DNA from: Candidatus Limnocylindrus sp.
Lineage (GTDB): Bacteria; Chloroflexota; Limnocylindria; Limnocylindrales; Limnocylindraceae
DNA length: 64,000 bases
Strand: one strand, 5' to 3'
Assembly: GCA_040397215.1 (NCBI GenBank)
Contig: JBBAWK010000001.1
Positions 1 through 4,727 of the stretch are shown one piece after another; position 1 is the stretch's first letter, and every line of letters begins with the position of its first letter. Below the pieces are notes generated by a model. It worked only from the letters and a program-made list of their open reading frames with translations. It did not search any database and was not told the DNA's origin. The translations under genes and the position numbers were made by a program.

Positions 1-858
1 TGCATTTGCCGAGCCGACGGCTACTGCGTCGTCTGAAGCAACCGTGAAGAAGCCGATAGCTGAACCACTGGCATTCGTTGGGTTGGTATCGCTTTCAGCA
101 ACGCCCGAGAGCGCCACGCCTGCAGTAATGGAGCCAGTAGCGCCGTTCAACACGGTGCCATTGGCATCCTTACCGACGAGCGTAAGGGCCCCGTCGATCG
201 CTGCGTTTTCTCCAGCAACATACGTGTAGCCGGTCGTCAGCGAAAGATCGAGCGTCTTAAGCGCGCCGATTGCCGTGATTGAGACGGTCTTCATGCTTAC
301 CCACGAGGAGGCCGTCAGGCCAGCCTTGGAGGCGTATACGGTAATCGTGCCGTTTGCAGCAGTCGTAGACGTCTTAGCAGCTACGCACAGCTTGTAGTTT
401 CCGGCGGTTTCAGTTGTCTCGGCAACACCTTCAACGATATCGGTTGCTGCGAATGAGCCTAAAGGAGTGTCAAGCGCCGAGCAGGCAGCGGCTACTCCGT
501 CGGCTGCAGCATAGGCCCAGGCAACAACAATGTTTGAGTTGCTTGAGACTGCCTTAAGGTCTGCTAGTGCGAGTGATGTGGTGCCAGCATTAGCTGCTCC
601 AGCCACAAAGAACGTATATGTGAGGTTTGCAGTCGCAGAAGCGACAGCCACATTAGATGCGTTCGAGTAAAAACCAAAAGTGGTTGTGCTGCCCGCCTGT
701 GTAACCGCTGCGCCCTCTACTGGCGTTCCGGTGTACCTCGCAATTGGGCCTGTCGGCGCCACTGGTGGCGTCGGTCGACCCGCGGCCATCACGGACGATC
801 CAAAGATCGTCGCGAGCAAGCTCGCTGCCGTGACCGCAGTCACGAACTTATTCTTCAT
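1..858 (-). CDS. Secreted cell-surface protein, 5' part only (gene runs off the left edge; 286 codons visible)
   Basis: Absent from the ORF track because its stop lies outside the window. A hand check shows no in-phase TTA/CTA/TCA triplets from nt 1 to 858. ATG at 858-856 with GGAGGA 13 nt upstream. N-terminus MKNKFVTAVTAASLLATIFGSSVMA/AG looks like a Sec signal peptide. The rest is A/T/G/S/V-rich beta-type sequence (e.g. ALKTLDLSLTTGYTYVAGENAAIDGALTLVGKDANGTVLNG), reminiscent of Ig-fold or S-layer surface proteins. Family not identified. Confidence 0.6.
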   Translation of the reverse strand, partial: MKNKFVTAVTAASLLATIFGSSVMAAGRPTPPVAPTGPIARYTGTPVEGAAVTQAGSTTTFGFYSNASNVAVASATANLTYTFFVAGAANAGTTSLALADLKAVSSNSNIVVAWAYAAADGVAAACSALDTPLGSFAATDIVEGVAETTETAGNYKLCVAAKTSTTAANGTITVYASKAGLTASSWVSMKTVSITAIGALKTLDLSLTTGYTYVAGENAAIDGALTLVGKDANGTVLNGATGSITAGVALSGVAESDTNPTNASGSAIGFFTVASDDAVAVGSANA

Positions 859-860
859 AG

Positions 861-872
861 ACACAATTGTGT
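861..872. promoter_or_regulatory. Perfect 12-bp palindrome ACACAATTGTGT between the SD and the ATG of the surface-protein gene; possible operator or translational element
   Basis: Read directly: GGAGG-ACACAATTGTGT-CT-ATG on the minus strand. The sequence is certain; any function is unproven. Confidence 0.3.
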
Positions 873-948
873 CCTCCTAACTACAGACCCAGGGGAAATG
901 CCCCGGAGTCAATGACCGCGCCATTTCGCACGACCCACTCGACAACGG

Positions 949-974
949 CACGAAAGCCGTCGAGAAGGTGTTAC
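949..974 (-). promoter_or_regulatory. Candidate ECF-type promoter (GTAAC-N17-CGTG) upstream of the surface-protein gene
   Basis: Minus strand reads TAG-CGGTAC-GTAAC-ACCTTCTCGACGGCTTT-CGTG-CCG, directly after the stop of the 200-aa anti-sigma gene. The AAC...CGT architecture is typical of ECF promoters. A similar element lies upstream of the sigma gene (3096-3124). Confidence 0.25.
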
Positions 975-980
975 GTACCG

Positions 981-1583
981 CTACGGAGTCGTGCTCTCCG
1001 AAGCTGCCGGCGACTCATCCCCCGCCGGAGTTGGGCTGACCGGCTCCGGAGTCCGCCGAGGCAGATCCGTTGGAGCCGGTGTTGCGGTTGGCGCCTCGGT
1101 TGGCGCTGGGGTTGCCTCTGGTGTTGGTGTTGGGGCTGGGGCTGGGGTCTCTGGGGCTGGGGTTGGGGTTGGGGCCGGGGTGGCTGGCTCTGCCGTTGGG
1201 GCGGCCAGAGTCGACTCAACGATTGGGTTGACGCGCGAGACGATCGCGGCGCTCACCACCAGGGCGCCACCGGCGGCGGCGATGGTGACGAGCACCATGG
1301 CAAAGGCGGTGGCGGCGGCCGCCACGGGGCGCATGACGCGGGTAAAGAGGCTTGGGCGGACGGTTCGGCTCAGCTGAACGGCGTCGAAGGCCCGGGTGGC
1401 GAGGTGGGCTGGCAGGGCGGCTGGCTTCATGCGGGCCAGGGCGCCGGTGAGCTCGGCATAGGTGGCCGAAGCCTGGGTGCAGGGGGTGCAGCTCTCAAGG
1501 TGCTGAGCGTGCGGGGCGGCCAGGGCCACCCCCTCGGCTAGGGAGCGCTCGACCTGCTCAATAGTGCGTGCACATATGCTCAC
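981..1583 (-). CDS. Membrane-anchored anti-sigma factor (zf-HC2 type) with Pro/Thr-rich extracytoplasmic tail
   Basis: 200-aa ORF with an H-x3-C-x2-C motif (HAQHLESCTPC) near the N-terminus. One TM helix (AATAFAMVLVTIAAAGGALVVSAAIV), then the linker PAPTPTPAPETPAPAPTPTPEATPAPTEAPTATPAPT. It is the third gene downstream of an ECF sigma. Start is GTG at 1583 with no clear SD, so the 5' end is uncertain. Confidence 0.6.
   Translation of the reverse strand: MSICARTIEQVERSLAEGVALAAPHAQHLESCTPCTQASATYAELTGALARMKPAALPAHLATRAFDAVQLSRTVRPSLFTRVMRPVAAAATAFAMVLVTIAAAGGALVVSAAIVSRVNPIVESTLAAPTAEPATPAPTPTPAPETPAPAPTPTPEATPAPTEAPTATPAPTDLPRRTPEPVSPTPAGDESPAASESTTP
1120..1182. repeat. Imperfect tandem hexamer tract (GGTGTT/GGGGCT/GGGGTT/GGGGCC units) encoding the Pro-Thr/Pro-Ala linker on the minus strand
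   Basis: Read directly: ggtgtt ggtgtt ggggct ggggct ggggtc tct ggggct ggggtt ggggtt ggggcc ggggtg. This is coding low-complexity sequence, not a CRISPR or a mobile repeat. Confidence 0.8.
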
Positions 1584-1605
1584 ACCAGGTAAAGGCGTGG
1601 TGGGG

Positions 1606-1679
1606 GGTTGGGCGTTTCAGGGCCCCGCGTGGTGGCGCGCCTACCTACGGAAGGAGAGGGGCCTGGATGGGCGTTTCAG
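1606..1679. repeat. Pair of 15-nt direct repeats GG(T/A)TGGGCGTTTCAG (1606-1620 and 1665-1679), 14/15 identical, in the spacer between two anti-sigma genes
   Basis: Read directly. On the minus strand each copy reads CTGAAACGCCCA(A/T)CC and so contains TGAAAC, an ECF-type -35-like hexamer. Confidence 0.6.
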
Positions 1680-1684
1680 CCTGG

Positions 1685-2044
1685 CTAGTTGCCGAGGTGC
1701 GAGGCGGCCCAGACTCCGGCACTAAAGGTGGCAACGGTGACAGCCAAGATGATGAGGGCGGCGCGAAGGGTGGTGAGGGTGATCATCCGCACAGCCCCTC
1801 GGCGATTGGCTTTGCCGCGTCTCTGCTGCTGGTCGTCGATAACGGCACGAAGCACACGCTGGTTCAGGCCAGCGGGCGCCGATGGGGTTCGCTCGGCCAG
1901 CCCAACGAGGTCATCAAGCAGTTGCGCGCAGCTCATGCACCCCTGAACGTGGTCGGCGTGTGCTGGCGAGAGTACCCCACCCGCAGCAATGAGCTCCTCA
2001 ATGGCACTCTCAAGTTCCTTATGTTCTGGCGAGCCTAGGACCAT
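1685..2044 (-). CDS. Anti-sigma factor, zf-HC2 type, single-pass membrane protein
   Basis: 119 aa. HADHVQGCMSC fits H-x3-C-x2-C. C-terminal TM helix (ITLTTLRAALIILAVTVATFSAGVW). Shares ESAIEE..AAG and GLNQRVLRAVI-DQQ blocks with the next gene. Confidence 0.6.
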   Translation of the reverse strand: MVLGSPEHKELESAIEELIAAGGVLSPAHADHVQGCMSCAQLLDDLVGLAERTPSAPAGLNQRVLRAVIDDQQQRRGKANRRGAVRMITLTTLRAALIILAVTVATFSAGVWAASHLGN

Positions 2045-2056
2045 GAATCCTTCCCC

Positions 2057-2338
2057 CTACGCGCCGAGATTTACGTGCCAGAAGTGGCCAATTACATCGT
2101 ACCAGGTGGTCGTGATGGTTACGGTCAGGATGACTAGGGCGGCGGTACCAATTATGAACGCTGCCACTCCAGCAGCCTTTCGGCGGTTGACCTGGCTGCG
2201 CATCAACTGCTGGTCAGCGATGACGGCACGCAACACGCGCTGGTTTAAACCGTCCGGGATTGAAAGCATCTTGCCTGCAGCAAGACGCGCCTCAATGGCG
2301 CTCTCGAATTTGAAATGTGCTGAGGTTTTTTCAATCAT
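2057..2338 (-). CDS. Anti-sigma-like single-pass membrane protein lacking the zinc motif (paralogue of 1685-2044)
   Basis: 93 aa. FESAIEARLAAG and GLNQRVLRAVIADQQ align with the 119-aa neighbour, but the ~30-aa H-x3-C-x2-C segment is missing. TM helix AAFIIGTAALVILTVTITTTW. GGGAGA lies 10 nt upstream of the ATG. GC is lower than in the surroundings. Confidence 0.5.
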   Translation of the reverse strand: MIEKTSAHFKFESAIEARLAAGKMLSIPDGLNQRVLRAVIADQQLMRSQVNRRKAAGVAAFIIGTAALVILTVTITTTWYDVIGHFWHVNLGA

Positions 2339-2374
2339 CTGTGGATTCTCCCATAATGCAGCGGCGGGCTGGTC

Positions 2375-2393
2375 TGAATTTGAAAAAAATTCA
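2375..2393. promoter_or_regulatory. Perfect 7-bp inverted repeat TGAATTT-GAAAA-AAATTCA in the 64-nt sigma/anti-sigma spacer
   Basis: Read directly. It lies in an AT-rich island (about 44% GC over 2281-2420 by hand count). It is an all-A/U hairpin as RNA, so more plausibly a protein-binding operator than a terminator. Confidence 0.4.
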
Positions 2394-2402
2394 CATCGCT
2401 TG

Positions 2403-3062
2403 TCAGTTAATTAACTTCGTCTCGCCCCCTTCGGGGGACCGCTTTGAACCCCCCCCGACCACACGGAAGCGGTGGGCTCTGGTGTCGTCCCGGTCAGTGT
2501 CGCCAAGGGCTTCACGCAACTCACGAAGACCGCGCGCCGTGTGTGTTCGCACTGTTGCCTCAGGGAGTTCTAGGATCGCAGCCGCCTCGGCTACCGAGAG
2601 TCCCTCTTGAAATCGGAGGACGACCGCTGCTCGATGTTTGGTGGAGATCTTTTGCAGGGCATCCCCAAGATCCGCCTGAAGCTCATGGTCCATCGCCTGG
2701 ACCACTGGGTCATGCGCATTCGGATCGGCGAACTCACGCCCCGGCGCTTCGGCTCCACCAGGGCTCATCGTGCTACTGGTGCGCGCATGTCGCGTGGTGC
2801 GTATGTCAATCTTCTGCGCCACCCGAACAGTGATCGTCGTGATCCAAGCTTCGAGCGGTGCAAGCGGCCGCCAGCGGGCAAGGTCGCGCACTACCTGAAT
2901 GAAGGTCTCCTGGACGGCATCTTCGGCATCGGTCGCGTCACGGCAGATTCGTGCAGCAATCCGATAGACCTTAGGGCTGTAGCGCTCGATGAGCACGGCG
3001 TAAGCGCTCTCTTTGCCAGAGAGACATGCGGCGACTAACTCCTCATCACTCAACACGGGCAT
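2403..3062 (-). CDS. ECF-family RNA polymerase sigma-70 factor
   Basis: 219 aa. Region 2 (DAEDAVQETFIQVVRDLARW) and region 4 HTH (LSVAEAAAILELPEATVRTHTARGLRELREAL) are recognisable. There is an insert between the regions and a ~35-aa C-terminal tail. Confidence 0.85.
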   Translation of the reverse strand: MPVLSDEELVAACLSGKESAYAVLIERYSPKVYRIAARICRDATDAEDAVQETFIQVVRDLARWRPLAPLEAWITTITVRVAQKIDIRTTRHARTSSTMSPGGAEAPGREFADPNAHDPVVQAMDHELQADLGDALQKISTKHRAAVVLRFQEGLSVAEAAAILELPEATVRTHTARGLRELREALGDTDRDDTRAHRFRVVGGGSKRSPEGGETKLIN

Positions 3063-3095
3063 ACCGGCAGTCTAGCCGCCAAACCTGAATTTCCC

Positions 3096-3124
3096 ACACG
3101 AAAACCAGAACGGGAGCCGTTCCC
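3096..3124 (-). promoter_or_regulatory. Candidate ECF-type (auto-regulated?) promoter GGGAAC-N18-CGTG upstream of the sigma gene
   Basis: Minus strand reads CTGGGAAC-GGCTCCCGTTCTGGTTTT-CGTGTGG, about 35 nt upstream of the ATG at 3062. It overlaps the hairpin at 3108-3122, so the two interpretations compete. Confidence 0.25.
3108..3122 (-). terminator. Candidate intrinsic terminator after glnA (6-bp stem GAACGG/CCGTTC, 3-nt loop, followed by TGGTTTTCG)
   Basis: Read directly, about 50 nt downstream of the glnA stop. The stem is short and the U tract interrupted, so this would be weak. Confidence 0.3.
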
Positions 3125-3173
3125 AGCGACCCCCGCTCTGACTCTCAGTTGTCCGGGTTCGCCCCAATCTGCC

Positions 3174-4556
3174 CTAGTAGAGCTCGAGGTAGCGCTCAAC
3201 CTCCCAGTTCGAAACGTGCGTGCGGTACTCGTCCCACTCGGCCTGCTTGGCGTCCAGGAAGTGCGAGAGGATGTGCTCACCGAGGGCACCGCAGATGACT
3301 GGGTTCGACTTGAGCTCTTTGATCGCCTCGATCAGGCTACCTGGTAGCTCCTGGATCCCCTTCTGGGCGACGCGCACGGCGTCCATCTCATAGAGCGACT
3401 CCTCGACCGGGTCTGGCAGCACCATCTTCTTCTCGATGCCGTCGAGGCCCGCGGCGATCATCACCGCAAAGGCGAGATACGGGTTCGCCGATGGGTCTGG
3501 GCAGCGCAGCTCCATGCGCGTTGCCTCAACCGAGCGGCCCGCCGAAATCATCGGCACGCGAATCAGTGCCGAGCGATTCCGTCGACCCCACACCAGGTAG
3601 GTTGGCGCCTCGTATCCGGGAACGAGTCGCTTGTACGAGTTCACCGTTGGTGCCAACACCGCGATCATGGAACGCGCGTGCTTCAGAATGCCGGCCATAT
3701 ACGACTTCGCGATGGGCGAGAGGCTGTACTTATCCTTCGCGTCGTAAAAGACGTTCTTGCCAGTCTTCAGGCTGGCAAGGCTGATGTGCGTGTGCATGCC
3801 CGAACCGTTGATGCCGTAGATCGGCTTCGGCATGAAGCTTGCATACAGGCCGTGCTGCTTGGCAATCTCTTTCAACGCGTACTTAAAGGTGGTGGCGTTA
3901 TCAGCCGTGGAGAGTGAGTCCGAATACTCGAAGTCGATCTCGTGCTGACCCGGCGCCACCTCGTGGTGCGCGGTTTCAATTTTGATGCCGAGCGCCTCGA
4001 GTGCGTCGACCATGTCTTGACGGACGTCAATCCCCTGATCGCCGGTAAAGTCAAAGTAGCCCGCCTTGTCATGCGGCTTGGTGATTGGGTGCCCATCGGC
4101 GCCGTACTCAAAGAGGAAGAACTCGAGCTCTGGCCCCATGTTCACCTTGTAGCCGAGCTTCTCTGCGCGTTCGACTTGGCGGCGCAGCGCGCCACGTGGG
4201 TCACCCGCGAATGGTGAACCGTCAGGAAGGAGCACGTCGCAGATCACGCGGGCCGTGCCGGCGCCACTCTCAGCGGGCGCCCACGGCAGAATGCGCCACG
4301 TATCCATGTCGGGTCGCAGCATCTGATCGCTCTCAGCGATGCGCGTAAAGCCTTCGACCGACGAACCGTCGAACCAGGTGCCGTGCTTAATCGCGTTCGG
4401 CATCATGTGAATCGGGATCTGCACGCTCTTCGTAATGCCGTGCAGGTCAACGAACTGCAGCTGCACGGTGCGAATGCCGGCCTTCTCGGCCTTGGCTACG
4501 GTGGCGAGTGCCGCCTTGGTTTCGGCCTCGGTGCGTGCTCCATACCCCTTCGACAT
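3174..4556 (-). CDS. glnA: Glutamine synthetase, type I
   Basis: Motifs FDGSSVEGF and KPIYGINGSGMHTHISL, with the expected overall length. I prefer the ATG at 4556 (MSKGYG...) because GGTGGAGGGGGATC precedes it. The track ORF extends to 4619. Confidence 0.9.
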   Translation of the reverse strand: MSKGYGARTEAETKAALATVAKAEKAGIRTVQLQFVDLHGITKSVQIPIHMMPNAIKHGTWFDGSSVEGFTRIAESDQMLRPDMDTWRILPWAPAESGAGTARVICDVLLPDGSPFAGDPRGALRRQVERAEKLGYKVNMGPELEFFLFEYGADGHPITKPHDKAGYFDFTGDQGIDVRQDMVDALEALGIKIETAHHEVAPGQHEIDFEYSDSLSTADNATTFKYALKEIAKQHGLYASFMPKPIYGINGSGMHTHISLASLKTGKNVFYDAKDKYSLSPIAKSYMAGILKHARSMIAVLAPTVNSYKRLVPGYEAPTYLVWGRRNRSALIRVPMISAGRSVEATRMELRCPDPSANPYLAFAVMIAAGLDGIEKKMVLPDPVEESLYEMDAVRVAQKGIQELPGSLIEAIKELKSNPVICGALGEHILSHFLDAKQAEWDEYRTHVSNWEVERYLELY

Positions 4557-4570
4557 GATCCCCCTCCACC

Positions 4571-4688
4571 GGGCAGTGCCCGAATCTTGTGCGTACGGCA
4601 CAGATTTCACCCCCTGCAAGCCAGGGGAGAAGCCGTCGGAAGGAGAATACGGCCTTTCTGAAAGGCTTGGGTGCGGTTTAGGGTGCGG
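4571..4688. promoter_or_regulatory. Cluster of symmetric and repeated elements in the glnA upstream region
   Basis: Read directly. GGGCA-G-TGCCC (4571-4581). TGTGC-GTACG-GCACA (4588-4602). Perfect 7-1-7 palindrome GCCTTTC-T-GAAAGGC (4652-4666). Direct repeat GGGTGCGG-TTTA-GGGTGCGG (4669-4688). No known operator consensus recognised. Confidence 0.3.
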
Positions 4689-4727
4689 CTAGATTGTGAT
4701 CTTGCACAAGAACCGGCGGTTTTACCC

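Noticed and set aside
1120-1182. Tandem GGGGCT/GGGGTT repeats as a possible CRISPR or VNTR locus
   Set aside because: The units are 6 nt with no spacers, lie in frame, and encode a Pro/Thr linker. No CRISPR-like repeat-spacer array exists anywhere in the window.
867-1541. 224-aa plus-strand ORF with a striking WGWGWGLWGWGWGWG tract
   Set aside because: The Trp/Gly repeat is simply the complement reading of the Pro/Thr linker codons of the minus-strand anti-sigma gene. The minus-strand product has an HxxxCxxC motif, a TM helix and operon context.
1609-1679. TGAAAC repeats as canonical SigW-type promoters (TGAAAC-N16-CGTA)
   Set aside because: The nearest CGTA lies 23 nt from the upstream copy, and the downstream copy is followed by CGCC at 16 nt. 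The spacing and -10 do not fit. The repeats are kept only as an unexplained repeat finding.
1666-2038. Plus-strand ORF starting at an ATG preceded by a good SD (GGAAGGAGAGGGG)
   Set aside because: It is antisense to the 119-aa anti-sigma gene, which has a zinc motif, a TM helix and a clear paralogue next door. The plus-strand product has no recognisable features. A small antisense-encoded peptide cannot be excluded without expression data.
2421-2440. GC hairpin CCCCC-GAA-GGGGG near the sigma gene 3' end as an intrinsic terminator
   Set aside because: It lies inside the coding tail (SPEGG). The nearest U run is about 40 nt downstream, so the geometry is not that of a canonical terminator.
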